DNA from: an uncultured virus (IMG/VR IMGVR_UViG_3300001525_000355)
Lineage: Duplodnaviria > Heunggongvirae > Uroviricota > Caudoviricetes
Length of the DNA: 64,000 nucleotides
IMG/VR virus record: IMGVR_UViG_3300001525_000355
Direction: 5' to 3' (one strand)
Below the pieces are notes generated by a model that saw only the letters and a list, made by a program, of their open reading frames with translations, was not told where the DNA came from and did no database searches. The position numbers and the translations under genes were made by a program. Shown one piece after another: positions 28,461 to 38,554 of the stretch (the stretch's first letter is position 1; each line of letters starts with the position of its first letter).

Positions 28461-29639
28461 TTACGATACTATATCAGGACAAGATTCAAACATTGTATTT
28501 AATTGACGATTTACTCTATAGAAAGTAGCGTGTTTACTAAGATTCTCAATTCTATGACAACCTATATAAGTAGCAGTACTTCTCAAACCACCATTAATAT
28601 CTTCTATAATATTCTTGATCGGTCCTTTATAGGGAACAAGTTTTTCTCTTCCTTCACTTGCCCTTACATTTGATTTGAAACCACCAAAATGTCTTTCTTG
28701 TGCAAGTTTGGATGACATACCATAATATTCTTTATATTGTTTATCATTTTTAGTAATAATATCACCAGATGATTCAGTACATCCAGCAAACATAGATCCA
28801 GACATAACAAAATCAGCACCAGCACAAAATGCCTTACATATATCACCAACAACTTTACAACCACCATCAGACATAATATACTTATTTAAATGATGGGCGG
28901 CATCAGCACAATCTATAATAGTTGACAATTGGGGTCTACCAACTCCTGTCTTGGCACGAGTCAAACATACTCCGGATGGCCCGATCCCGACTTTCGCACA
29001 ATCGGCACCACTATTTAAAATGGAATACACTCTTTCTGCAGTAACTACATTTCCTGCAACAATAAAACTATCAGGAAGAATATCACGAACTTCCTTAATT
29101 CTATCAAGTAATTTTGGACAATAACCATTTGGAACATCAATGGTTACAATACTTGGACAATAATCATTGTGTTTACTAAGATTTTTGATAATGTCGGTAC
29201 TTTCTTTGATACCTATACTTATACTAACTCTACTGCACAATTCTCCATAATCAAAAAGATACTTCTCATCTCTATCCAATTGATCTATAAATCTCCAAAG
29301 ATCATCATAAAGTCCTTTGATATCATTTTCAGATATATGCTTATCCAGTGTTCCAATATAACCATTAATTGTCAAAGCTTTAACACATTCAGTATTTCCA
29401 ACTGTTGCCATATTGGCACAAGTGATGGGAATACAAAAGAAATTATTTTTCCAAATCTTCTTTCCCCTATTGTCTCTTTTGTAACCACCGTATCCAAAAT
29501 TTCTAAGAAGACAAACTTCTGATCTACTATTCAAATCAGAAATATTGGGTTTGATTAAAACATCATCGAAATCCAATTGGACAGCATCTTCAATTTTCAT
29601 ATTTTTAAAATGTAATTTTTGATTAATTTTCAAGTTCAA
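28461..29639 (-). CDS. guaC: GMP reductase
   Basis: LDFDDVLIKP, IDVPNGY, AGNVVT, KVGIGPSGVCLTR, SDGGC, YYGMSS and RASEG motifs; the true start may be the second Met (MKIEDA). Confidence 0.9.
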   Translation of the reverse strand: MNLKINQKLHFKNMKIEDAVQLDFDDVLIKPNISDLNSRSEVCLLRNFGYGGYKRDNRGKKIWKNNFFCIPITCANMATVGNTECVKALTINGYIGTLDKHISENDIKGLYDDLWRFIDQLDRDEKYLFDYGELCSRVSISIGIKESTDIIKNLSKHNDYCPSIVTIDVPNGYCPKLLDRIKEVRDILPDSFIVAGNVVTAERVYSILNSGADCAKVGIGPSGVCLTRAKTGVGRPQLSTIIDCADAAHHLNKYIMSDGGCKVVGDICKAFCAGADFVMSGSMFAGCTESSGDIITKNDKQYKEYYGMSSKLAQERHFGGFKSNVRASEGREKLVPYKGPIKNIIEDINGGLRSTATYIGCHRIENLSKHATFYRVNRQLNTMFESCPDIVS

Positions 29640-29749
29640 AATATTGTTATTTTTGATTTTTTAAGAATCTATCAAAGTACAAAAGATTCACGTTTTTTGG
29701 TACAAAAGATACAGCTTTTGTACAAATTTAACAAAAACGTAATAGGGGA

Positions 29750-30067
29750 CATTCTACACTAGAATGATCTGTGTTATGCTGAGGCATATCATCCGAATCA
29801 CTTCGGACTCGTGGCGTAAACGCTCATGGAGTAGTGATAGAACGTCACCGTGATGAAATAATTTATATACGCTTTGCGATAAATTATTTCTCTTGATGAA
29901 CCTGAAAAAGGTTCTCTGGGATGAACCGTAGAAATCGGTTCTTTGATGAACCTAAACTAGGTTCGGATATCGTTCCTACGTTTTAGATAGTCCGTAACAG
30001 TTGACGGCGCCCTCGCCGAGTCAGATGGAAACAAAGATGGAAGGTTTATAAATTCCTTCCGGTCTTT
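29750..30067 (+). ncRNA. candidate structured non-coding element (chain of about 11 hairpins, including four GATGAA...TTC units)
   Basis: A GC-richer island with no ORF, made of consecutive short stems; the wobble pairs seen are G-U on the + strand. Confidence 0.45.
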
Positions 30068-30137
30068 AATACTTTAGTAAAAAACTTTAGTCGATTACTT
30101 ATTCCATTAACAATTTTAATATATAATACGAGAACTT

Positions 30138-30247
30138 AAAGGACTAAAGAGATAGAGAAGAAAAAGGCTTTGAGAATTGAAGAGATAAAGGACTAAAGTG
30201 TTAAAGAAGATTAAAGATCTGAAGTCTTAAAGCTAAAGAGATAGAGA
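30138..30247. repeat. purine-rich short direct repeats
   Basis: AAAGGACTAAAG at 30138 and 30187; CTAAAGAGATAGAGA at 30144 and 30233. Confidence 0.5.
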
Positions 30248-30470
30248 TCTTTATTGAGAGAAGAAAAAGACAAAAAGATATGATAATAAAAATTCTGAAT
30301 AAAATATGCACCTGGTAAACAATCAATGTTCTTCTCTATCTCATAGATTTCTGATTGACTAAAGTAATATATTAAAGAATTGATATTACTGTTAATATCT
30401 AGAATAAATTGCGTACCTGGGAAAACATCAACATCTATCTCCTTCCACTTTGATTCCTTATATATAAGGA

Positions 30471-30857
30471 TTGGAGTTTTTCATGATAAGAAATTTACAA
30501 ACTGACAAAGAAACAGAGATTTCGTTTTTAACAAATTTGTTTGAAGGTTTAAAAAATACAATTAAACAACATATCGAAAACTTTCAAAATTGTATTTCAG
30601 AACTTGATTCAGCAACCAATACATATATTGAAGAGTTATCATGGATATTGGATCATATTGATTTTAAAGACAAAAGGATTCTTAAATCTATCAACTGTAT
30701 AAATTCTGATATTGTTCGACAGACTAAAGGTTTTGAATTAATAATTTTGAATCAAGAATCTCAAGATTTAAAAATAGAAATTGTAAACTCATATATTCAA
30801 CATATAACATTATGCACTTCAAAATTCAAAAATCTAGAAATAACGAACGACCAATGA
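30471..30857 (+). CDS. hypothetical protein
   Basis: ORF; the start may be ATG30483 after GGAG; its stop overlaps the next ATG. Confidence 0.55.
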   Translation: MEFFMIRNLQTDKETEISFLTNLFEGLKNTIKQHIENFQNCISELDSATNTYIEELSWILDHIDFKDKRILKSINCINSDIVRQTKGFELIILNQESQDLKIEIVNSYIQHITLCTSKFKNLEITNDQ

Positions 30858-31120
30858 AATTCAAAGTTGTAGCACCAAATATTTGGTTTAATTTTACTTT
30901 AATTGCTGTTTTTGCAATTTTTCGATTTTTTGGTATTAATAATTGGGAATGGTATTGGATTATAAGTCCATTATGGATATCTATATTAATACCCATTCTT
31001 TGGTTTTTACTTTTTATGATTGTTAAATTGATTGCAGACATTTTAAGTTCATTAATAGTGATTACTTTATGGTTTTCAGCTTTTACATATTTTAAGTTAA
31101 AAGATACATTTAGGAAGTAA
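30854..31120 (+). CDS. small multi-pass membrane protein
   Basis: Likely start is ATG30854 (ATGA overlap); INNWEWYWIISPLWI plus hydrophobic helices. Confidence 0.65.
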   Translation: MKFKVVAPNIWFNFTLIAVFAIFRFFGINNWEWYWIISPLWISILIPILWFLLFMIVKLIADILSSLIVITLWFSAFTYFKLKDTFRK

Positions 31121-31182
31121 AAAGAATCATAATTCCGTTTAGAGTAATAAAATTACTAATTGAAAATAGTAAAGGAAATTTT

Positions 31183-31923
31183 ATGGTTAACGAACGTTAT
31201 AAAACGATGTCGGATAAGAACATTCCCCTCATTGAAAAGATTATGACTTGGCAGGGAGAAGGATGTAATGCCGGTAAAAGAATGCTTTTAGTACGTTTTA
31301 AATATTGTAGTTGTCATTGCCCATTTTGTGACACTTGGACAAAGATGGGTGAACTCAAAGAAGACCTTTATAGTATTAATGATATCATTAAACAGATGAA
31401 GGATGAATCGATTGAGAATCTTATGATTACTGGAGGGGAACCCACTTTGGGAACTAAACGACCCGAAGGTATAAAGAACAATATCGATTCTACTTTGGAT
31501 CTGCTTACATATGTACCATTTGAATATGCTGATGTTGAAACCAATGGTTACAATATAGAAGATTTGCTTCATAGATCAATCAAGATCATGAATCATCAAA
31601 TTAATAAACATATTAACATTAGTTATAGTCCTAAATTCTTTAAACCCTCTGATGTTGAAGAATCTCTTATTAAGTGTCAGTACATTTCTTTGTATGCACC
31701 ATATTATCCGATTCTTAAGGTTGTTGTAGCAGATGAATTATCTAGATCGTTTGTATACCGACTTATTAACGAAAAGATTTATAATCCGAACTATTTATAT
31801 TTGATGCCTCTTGGTACTACGGATATTGAGATTAAGAAATCATTTCCAGATGTTGTAAAAATGGCTACTGAATTGAAATGTAATATCAGTGGTCGTATGC
31901 ATTTAACTCATGATTTTGTCTAA
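31183..31923 (+). CDS. queE: 7-carboxy-7-deazaguanine synthase (radical SAM)
   Basis: WQGEG, VRFKYCSCHCPFCDT (CxxxCxxC), ITGGEPTL, ETNG, SPK, YLMP and GRMH motifs. Confidence 0.9.
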   Translation: MVNERYKTMSDKNIPLIEKIMTWQGEGCNAGKRMLLVRFKYCSCHCPFCDTWTKMGELKEDLYSINDIIKQMKDESIENLMITGGEPTLGTKRPEGIKNNIDSTLDLLTYVPFEYADVETNGYNIEDLLHRSIKIMNHQINKHINISYSPKFFKPSDVEESLIKCQYISLYAPYYPILKVVVADELSRSFVYRLINEKIYNPNYLYLMPLGTTDIEIKKSFPDVVKMATELKCNISGRMHLTHDFV

Positions 31924-31950
31924 TAATCATCAAATATAAAATAAAACAAC

Positions 31951-32388
31951 ATGAAAGATAATACATATACGATATATCTTAGTTCTACATCTTTTAAATT
32001 TTGGAATTTTAGAGATAAGAATTGGAAAAATAAGTTTATGCATTATCTTTCTGATGTTAAAAAGATTGAAAAGGTTGAATATATAGATCCTTTAAAGGTA
32101 TTATCAGATAAACCTGAAATTGTTAGTCAGGATATCAATGATATAAGTTCAAGTAATTGTATAGTATGTTATCTTGGTAAAAAAATTACTATAGGAACGA
32201 TAATGGAAATTATGTATTCCATTATGTACTATAAAATACATGAAATTGATTTTCCGATTATTTTAATTGATAAGTATAAAATTCATAGACATCATCCCTG
32301 GATTAAGTATTGGATACCCTATATAGCGGATGATGAAGAAGATGCGTCAAACATAGTTGAGAATTTAATAACTAATTTAAACAATTAA
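31951..32388 (+). CDS. nucleoside 2-deoxyribosyltransferase / nucleotide N-hydrolase family protein
   Basis: IYLS...YIDPL...IVSQDINDISSSNCIVCYL...TIGTIMEI pattern; located between queE and queC. Confidence 0.7.
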   Translation: MKDNTYTIYLSSTSFKFWNFRDKNWKNKFMHYLSDVKKIEKVEYIDPLKVLSDKPEIVSQDINDISSSNCIVCYLGKKITIGTIMEIMYSIMYYKIHEIDFPIILIDKYKIHRHHPWIKYWIPYIADDEEDASNIVENLITNLNN

Positions 32389-32400
32389 AGAGGATTTTTT

Positions 32401-33249
32401 ATGTCAGAGTCAGAAAATAATTGTTGTTGTACTGATGCCCTTAATGTTATCATGTATAGTGGTGGTGTTGATTCATTTTTAGCATATCAACATCTTCGTA
32501 AAGATGATACTAAAGTCATAGCACTTATATACTTTAATTTGGGTGCAAGATGTACTCAATGTGAAATTAATCTTTTTAATAGAATTGATTTCAAAAAACA
32601 TGTTGAACATGATGTCAATATAAGTGATTGTTTATCTATGGGTGGTTTGGAAAGGGATGATGCCTATATTCCAAATAGAAATATTCTTGCATCAATTATG
32701 ACCAATAGTGTCACTAATGCTGATAGAATATGGATTGGTGGAACTTTGAGTGACAGGGTTAATGATAATAATGAAGAGATATTTAAAGATCTCAGTGCAT
32801 TACTTTCAAAAATTCACAATAGAGAAATAGTTGTAACTTCTCCATTTTTTGATAAGCATAAATGCAAATTAGTTGAAGATTATGTTCTTACTAATGGTTG
32901 GGGTCATTATGAAGATCAACAACAGGCAAGATATTCTTTAGTAGAATCAACTTTTTCTTGTTATAATCCATTAGAGAAAGATCAAACTCTTGATATTAAT
33001 ATTGGTGAAGAAACTGTAAATATTGCTACAAGGGAATGTCTTGAATGCCCGGCTTGTTTTAGAAAATGTATGTCTTTATATGCTGGTGGTATCTTTATTC
33101 CAATGCTCAATAATGAGACTTCAAATCATATTATTAAAAAGTATTATGATGAAGCAAATTGTATGATCGATCTTGAACCTGAAATGAGAGATCGTTATAT
33201 TGCAACTATTAAATATTGTGAAGCATTGAAAGAGTTTAGAGATAAGTAA
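32401..33249 (+). CDS. queC: 7-cyano-7-deazaguanine (preQ0) synthase
   Basis: YSGGVDS PP-loop, YIPNRNI, and TFSCY...CLECPACFRK zinc site. Confidence 0.9.
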   Translation: MSESENNCCCTDALNVIMYSGGVDSFLAYQHLRKDDTKVIALIYFNLGARCTQCEINLFNRIDFKKHVEHDVNISDCLSMGGLERDDAYIPNRNILASIMTNSVTNADRIWIGGTLSDRVNDNNEEIFKDLSALLSKIHNREIVVTSPFFDKHKCKLVEDYVLTNGWGHYEDQQQARYSLVESTFSCYNPLEKDQTLDINIGEETVNIATRECLECPACFRKCMSLYAGGIFIPMLNNETSNHIIKKYYDEANCMIDLEPEMRDRYIATIKYCEALKEFRDK

Positions 33250-33261
33250 TACAAATTAACT

Positions 33262-33813
33262 ATGGCAGGAAGACCCAGAAAAGATTCAACAACAAAAAAC
33301 AATAATGAGAATAAATCATCAATTTCTCCTTATATGTTGTTGAATGCGTGGATACGAGATGGTAATTTAAAATCACCACTTCCAAAAGATATAGAAGATG
33401 GTAAACAATTCGGTCCACATTTTATATTGTATTATTTTGTATCATCACCCGAGTTATTTCGTTTTATAAATAAAACATTTAATAATTACAATTTGTGGAG
33501 TTTAAATACTATAGATGTATTAAAGACAATCAAAGAGATTGTTTATTATACAGGTTTTAGACAACCATTTGCACAATCAGTTAAAAAAGAAGAAAATAAA
33601 CTGGTTGATATTATTAAAGAGAAATATCCTTATTATAAAAGAGAAGAAATCTCGATGGTTGTTGATATAATCGATGCGGATGAAGAATTACAAGCTACAG
33701 TATATGAAAACTTTAATCTTCGTCCACCGACAAAGAAGAAATCAAACAAAAAAGATTTTAAAGAAAAATTATCAAAGATATTATCAAAAGAATCTTTATT
33801 CAATGATCTTTGA
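33262..33813 (+). CDS. hypothetical protein, weakly similar to a clamp loader small subunit (gp62-like)
   Basis: Size and SPYMLLN...IIKEKYPYY pattern are reminiscent of gp62; the function call is weak. Confidence 0.4.
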   Translation: MAGRPRKDSTTKNNNENKSSISPYMLLNAWIRDGNLKSPLPKDIEDGKQFGPHFILYYFVSSPELFRFINKTFNNYNLWSLNTIDVLKTIKEIVYYTGFRQPFAQSVKKEENKLVDIIKEKYPYYKREEISMVVDIIDADEELQATVYENFNLRPPTKKKSNKKDFKEKLSKILSKESLFNDL

Positions 33814-33831
33814 AAAGAGAGGTAACATTGT

Positions 33832-35892
33832 ATGTTTGCTGATGATGGTTCAGAAATAGAGTTTTACGGAAATAATTTGTGGTCTTATTATGATAACATA
33901 GTTTCAAGTAATGCACTCAATTTTGATTATTATGGTTATGATAAAGAGAAAAAGATTAGTGCACCAAAATTTAAGTTGAGCATTAATGGTAAGACTGCAA
34001 ATAAAAATGCCAAACTTTGTTTTGATTCATGTAGTCTTTATAAATTTTCTTACCAGATCAAAAGTAATATTCTCAATCATGTAAAGAATGATATTGAGAA
34101 ATTCAAAACTGATCAAAAATGGTCACATGGTTTTTGTTATAATGGTTTTAAGAAAAACATATATGTTACTACTATGTGGAATGATTTATCAAATTCCCCA
34201 GTAGTAAGATTTATGATTGGTGAAAAGGAAAGAACCATTCTTGATTCTGATAAAGTTTATGTTCCGTTTGTTGAATTTTTCTCACTTGCTGAGATATTGA
34301 ATCAATCATTCAACAATTATGTGCATTTATGCTCAATTAGTGCACTTGAATCTAACATAGTTAGACTTCAAAAGGTTACAGATAATTTAGTAACAGAAAC
34401 TCAAAGTAATTCAGAATTACCTATTTTGGGTGATATGATTGCTGACAACAAACCTTTAGAAACACTCAATATCCAAATTAGTGGAAATCAATCTCCGGTA
34501 AATAAAGTAGAAGCTGTCATAGAAAAAGATGATGCTACTGATGTAGTAGAATTGGCAGAAGTAAATGCTGGAAAGGATTCTATAGTAAATCAAAATGATT
34601 TTGATTCTTTTTTGACAGAAAATAGAGATAGTTTTCAAATTGATTATGGTCCAGAAAAAGTGGATTATGAATCAAAGGATCGTAATTTAAAAGATGAATT
34701 AGTGGTAAAGGGTTCTAAGTTCATTGATAAATTGTGTAATGGTGATTTTACTATTCTTGAACAGATAATCTTTAATGCTTCCAATGAAGATCTTCCATTC
34801 AATTCATTTGTTGAATCTGTAAAACAATTTACGGATATTGATTTTAAAGATGGAATATCAGAAAGTGATTACTTATCACTCAACTATGTGATTAGTAATA
34901 ATATCAAATATAATATCAATCGGTTACTTGAGAAGAAAGTAAAACTTCCATCTTCCATTACTCCAATTATTGTAAAGAATAATAAAACAGATAATGACAA
35001 GATTGATACAATGTATTATCTGTTGCTGTTTTATATTTATCTTTCTAAGATTAAAAATATCTTAAATGAGAAGTCTTCTAATTCTTTGGATAATAAGGAA
35101 TATTTCTCATATGTCATTAAGACAATTAGTAATCCATTGGTATTTTCTTATTTCCCTGATATTGCAGAGGAAGTTATTAAAGTTGAAACTATTAAACGTT
35201 TTAGAATTCTTAGAAATAATGATTTCTTTAAGAATTTTGAAAATGGTATAATTGAAAAACTTAAGATTAATAAGATTGGTATAATCGAAGAAGATATAGA
35301 AGATAATATAACTAAGATTTATAGTAACGTTGTTAAGTTCAAAGATAAATTGGGTGTTCAAACAGCATTTAATAATAAGATTATGAAAGTTCCGTACAAT
35401 ACTTTAGTTAGTAGCGGAATAACGATTAAGAATCTTCATAAGTTAATTCATTTTGATAGTAGTTTTATTAAATATGGCAAAATCAATGATAAAGTAGATC
35501 TCAAATCATATGATGATATTCCGGTCAATATCCTAAAGATATATAACATTAAGACTACTAAATTTGATAATACTATCATAATTAAGTATTTTACTGATAA
35601 TATTAAGAATTTTAACGATCTGGAAAAAATTAAAAAGATTAATAAGAACGTTTATGATATAATTGATCAAATTGATATTACTAAATATGATGACAATTCA
35701 TTGAAAGCATTGTATTTTTGGAATGTTGATCAATTACCCAAAGATTTAACTTATTTTAAGTTTAAGTTGATGGTTGAGAATTCTAACTTGGATAGATCTG
35801 AATTAATATCAATGATATTGAATAGAACCGTTCAGATTGATCCTGATTTTTACAATTCATTTTTAATTTCAGCAAATGATGATATGTTATGA
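33832..35892 (+). CDS. hypothetical protein (686 aa)
   Basis: Long ORF with a GAGG RBS; no motif recognised. Confidence 0.75.
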   Translation: MFADDGSEIEFYGNNLWSYYDNIVSSNALNFDYYGYDKEKKISAPKFKLSINGKTANKNAKLCFDSCSLYKFSYQIKSNILNHVKNDIEKFKTDQKWSHGFCYNGFKKNIYVTTMWNDLSNSPVVRFMIGEKERTILDSDKVYVPFVEFFSLAEILNQSFNNYVHLCSISALESNIVRLQKVTDNLVTETQSNSELPILGDMIADNKPLETLNIQISGNQSPVNKVEAVIEKDDATDVVELAEVNAGKDSIVNQNDFDSFLTENRDSFQIDYGPEKVDYESKDRNLKDELVVKGSKFIDKLCNGDFTILEQIIFNASNEDLPFNSFVESVKQFTDIDFKDGISESDYLSLNYVISNNIKYNINRLLEKKVKLPSSITPIIVKNNKTDNDKIDTMYYLLLFYIYLSKIKNILNEKSSNSLDNKEYFSYVIKTISNPLVFSYFPDIAEEVIKVETIKRFRILRNNDFFKNFENGIIEKLKINKIGIIEEDIEDNITKIYSNVVKFKDKLGVQTAFNNKIMKVPYNTLVSSGITIKNLHKLIHFDSSFIKYGKINDKVDLKSYDDIPVNILKIYNIKTTKFDNTIIIKYFTDNIKNFNDLEKIKKINKNVYDIIDQIDITKYDDNSLKALYFWNVDQLPKDLTYFKFKLMVENSNLDRSELISMILNRTVQIDPDFYNSFLISANDDML

Positions 35893-36539
35893 ACTGGTTA
35901 AATGATAAATGCAATAGAGCTTATTCATTTAAGCTCCAATTTGAAAAAGATTTATGTGATCTAACTATTTATCACAATAAAAATAATCTATATACTTCAT
36001 TTACTTTAGATCAACGAACTTACGAAAGAACTCGTAGAAATAGTTACAATAATATAATTTTCTTTGATTTGAGTAAATCCCAATTCTGTAAAACATTCTT
36101 GGATGTCAAGAATTTTTATACAAATGGTATAGATGTTAAAAATCAATTTAATTGTATTTTTGCACATCATAAGGATCTTATTACTTGTGAATCAACAGAA
36201 ACTATTACTCTTGGAAAACAAAAGGTTACTTGGCATAAAGTACCACAGGATAATAGTTTAACTGTAAGAGTTTTTAGATTGTCGTTATATCCGAATAATT
36301 TTATGTATGTACTTGCTGAACGACAATTAATTGAACCAGTTTTGGGTAAAAAGTTAGTTAGAACATCAGCATTTCAGTTGGGTGACAACGAGTCAACAAA
36401 ATATATTAACAGTATCTTTTCTAAATACAGCACAAAAGAAGTTAAGAGACAAACAACAGAAGAAGCATTAAGGTCTGTATTCAGTTCGAATGATACTAAT
36501 ATATCAGATAAAAAATTAGATAGGTGTGGGGTATTATGA
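35889..36539 (+). CDS. hypothetical protein
   Basis: ORF coupled by ATGA overlaps on both sides. Confidence 0.7.
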   Translation: MNWLNDKCNRAYSFKLQFEKDLCDLTIYHNKNNLYTSFTLDQRTYERTRRNSYNNIIFFDLSKSQFCKTFLDVKNFYTNGIDVKNQFNCIFAHHKDLITCESTETITLGKQKVTWHKVPQDNSLTVRVFRLSLYPNNFMYVLAERQLIEPVLGKKLVRTSAFQLGDNESTKYINSIFSKYSTKEVKRQTTEEALRSVFSSNDTNISDKKLDRCGVL

Positions 36540-38512
36540 TTGAAGAAAAATTAATCCATAATAAAACAGATGATGTTTTATATATCCATGAAAGTTTTTC
36601 ATCTATATTTCATGGATTTTTGGATTGGTTTCAATCTCAATTCGAACCAAGATTTGCATATAAAGTAATATCAACTTACGATAAAGCCGTCCAATTCTTT
36701 ACTAGTAAGAAGATGAGTAAAGATGGAGCAGTCCAAACTAATATTCTTCCGTCCATTACTTTGGATCCAAATCTTGATTTTACTAATGAAGACAAGGGTG
36801 GAAGATTTTTATGGATGTTCTCGGAACTTGATTCACTTAGACAAAGAAGATATACAGAACAGATTAATTTAAGAGAACAGGGTGTAGTAGTAAGCATCAA
36901 TAAAACCAGATATAGTGGTACTTGTGATGTTACTTTTTGGTTATCTTCCATATATGAATTAATGGATTTTAGATCTAAATTAATTCAATATTGTGGTGGT
37001 ACAGGAAGATGGATTAGACCAAAATTCTTCTGGACTCATATTATTTTACCAAAAGAGATTGTAGAATTTAATAGACCGGATGATAATAAGAAATTGGATT
37101 GGTCGTCTACACCATTGGAAGTAATTCAATTAAATACTACAAATAGTAAAGAATATGCTGTTCCGTATCCATTAAATGCTATTTGGAGACTTGATTCGTT
37201 GAGTGACGGAAGTACCAAATATGGTGCCGACCAGTTGACTGAATGGAGATTTACTGCAACATTTACTTGGGAAGCAAATATACCAACATTTGCGAGACTG
37301 GATAATTATGCATTTTATGATATGCGTCCAACTCTCAATTTTCATGTTTCTCCAGCTTATGCATCTCAACCATTAATCAATAATTTTAAGAGTTTGATTA
37401 ATATTAGTAGAGATGATGCTTTAAAGGATTATTTGAAATCTAGTGTTATTTATATAGTTGATACAAAGAGTAAAATCACTGATCCAGTAACAAAAGAAGA
37501 GATAGAAGTTACTGATAGTCCATTTGTAAAATTTGATGATACTCAATGTCAGCATTTTCCTGATTTTTATACTGAATGGAATCATATAGTTTCTTGTAAG
37601 TTATATTGTGCTGAAGATGTAATAAAAAAAGGAATGGATATATCAAATGAAGATTTCATTCTTTTAGTAGATGAATACAGACCTGATGTACATATCGATT
37701 TACTCAGAATGTCAAAGGGTTGTTTGTGTAGATATGATGATTCATCTAGTGAATTCTTTACAACGATCAGTAGTTTAAATCTTCCAACTATTTGCAATTT
37801 TGATAAGAAATTATATACAGCTCTCAGAAAACAACAGGGAACTGATATTACAATGGATAGTATATCTAAATTGATATACAGTGGTTTACACAAATCCATT
37901 AAATTAACTTCTGAATCTGTTATTGATAAAGAAAATTATACACTTTGTAATAATATCATTGATCTTATCAATAAACATAAAAAAGATATTTCAGAAGAAG
38001 ATGAATCTAAAATGTTGAATTTTGGTAGACATTCGTTCTTTAAACAAGATAGAAAAGATAATCTTGGAAAATTAAATTCTGAAAATGAAGTTGATATACC
38101 ATATCTTTTATGTGTAGATAATGCTTCTGATGTTAAAGTTTATGCTGATAGTCATTTGGTAAAACCACAATATTATCAGATTGTTGGTAAACGAATTAGA
38201 ATGACTGATGATTATCCATTTAATAAACAAGCAAATATTATCTTAAATGTAAAAGGTTTGACAAAATTGGCAAACTTAGAGTTAGCCATTAATTATCAGA
38301 TGACTAAAACTGATGAAAGAAATTATCTTGCTGAAGGTAAACGAATTGAAATAGAAATACCTGAAGGTTTTGATAAACAATATATCAGATGTTGTTCATA
38401 CAATGGTATTCTTGATGAACACACCGATTATGAAATAATTGATAATAAGATTGTATTTAAGCTTGAACCAATGAGAGATAAAGTAATCCAGGTTTTTGCA
38501 AATAGATCATAA
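36536..38512 (+). CDS. hypothetical virion protein; N-terminus possibly tail terminator (gp15-like)
   Basis: Likely start is ATG36536; ILPSITLD...DVTFWLSSIYELMD pattern; beta-rich repeats at the C-terminus (TDYEIIDNKIVF). The function call is tentative. Confidence 0.45.
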   Translation: MIEEKLIHNKTDDVLYIHESFSSIFHGFLDWFQSQFEPRFAYKVISTYDKAVQFFTSKKMSKDGAVQTNILPSITLDPNLDFTNEDKGGRFLWMFSELDSLRQRRYTEQINLREQGVVVSINKTRYSGTCDVTFWLSSIYELMDFRSKLIQYCGGTGRWIRPKFFWTHIILPKEIVEFNRPDDNKKLDWSSTPLEVIQLNTTNSKEYAVPYPLNAIWRLDSLSDGSTKYGADQLTEWRFTATFTWEANIPTFARLDNYAFYDMRPTLNFHVSPAYASQPLINNFKSLINISRDDALKDYLKSSVIYIVDTKSKITDPVTKEEIEVTDSPFVKFDDTQCQHFPDFYTEWNHIVSCKLYCAEDVIKKGMDISNEDFILLVDEYRPDVHIDLLRMSKGCLCRYDDSSSEFFTTISSLNLPTICNFDKKLYTALRKQQGTDITMDSISKLIYSGLHKSIKLTSESVIDKENYTLCNNIIDLINKHKKDISEEDESKMLNFGRHSFFKQDRKDNLGKLNSENEVDIPYLLCVDNASDVKVYADSHLVKPQYYQIVGKRIRMTDDYPFNKQANIILNVKGLTKLANLELAINYQMTKTDERNYLAEGKRIEIEIPEGFDKQYIRCCSYNGILDEHTDYEIIDNKIVFKLEPMRDKVIQVFANRS

Positions 38513-38554
38513 TTTTTAACGAGCGAACTAAAATGCAGTAAAAGGAAATTTTTT

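Noticed and set aside
29852..29964. Hammerhead ribozyme or CRISPR mini-array interpretation of the TGATGA hairpin units
   Set aside because: The hammerhead core needs CUGANGA-stem-GAAA, but these stems are followed by TCT/TTT/GGA. The units are too short, variation lies inside the loops, there are no spacer-length gaps, and no cas genes are present.
29745..30067. tmRNA (region begins GGGGAC)
   Set aside because: No matching acceptor stem, T-arm or CCA end, and no tag reading frame was found.
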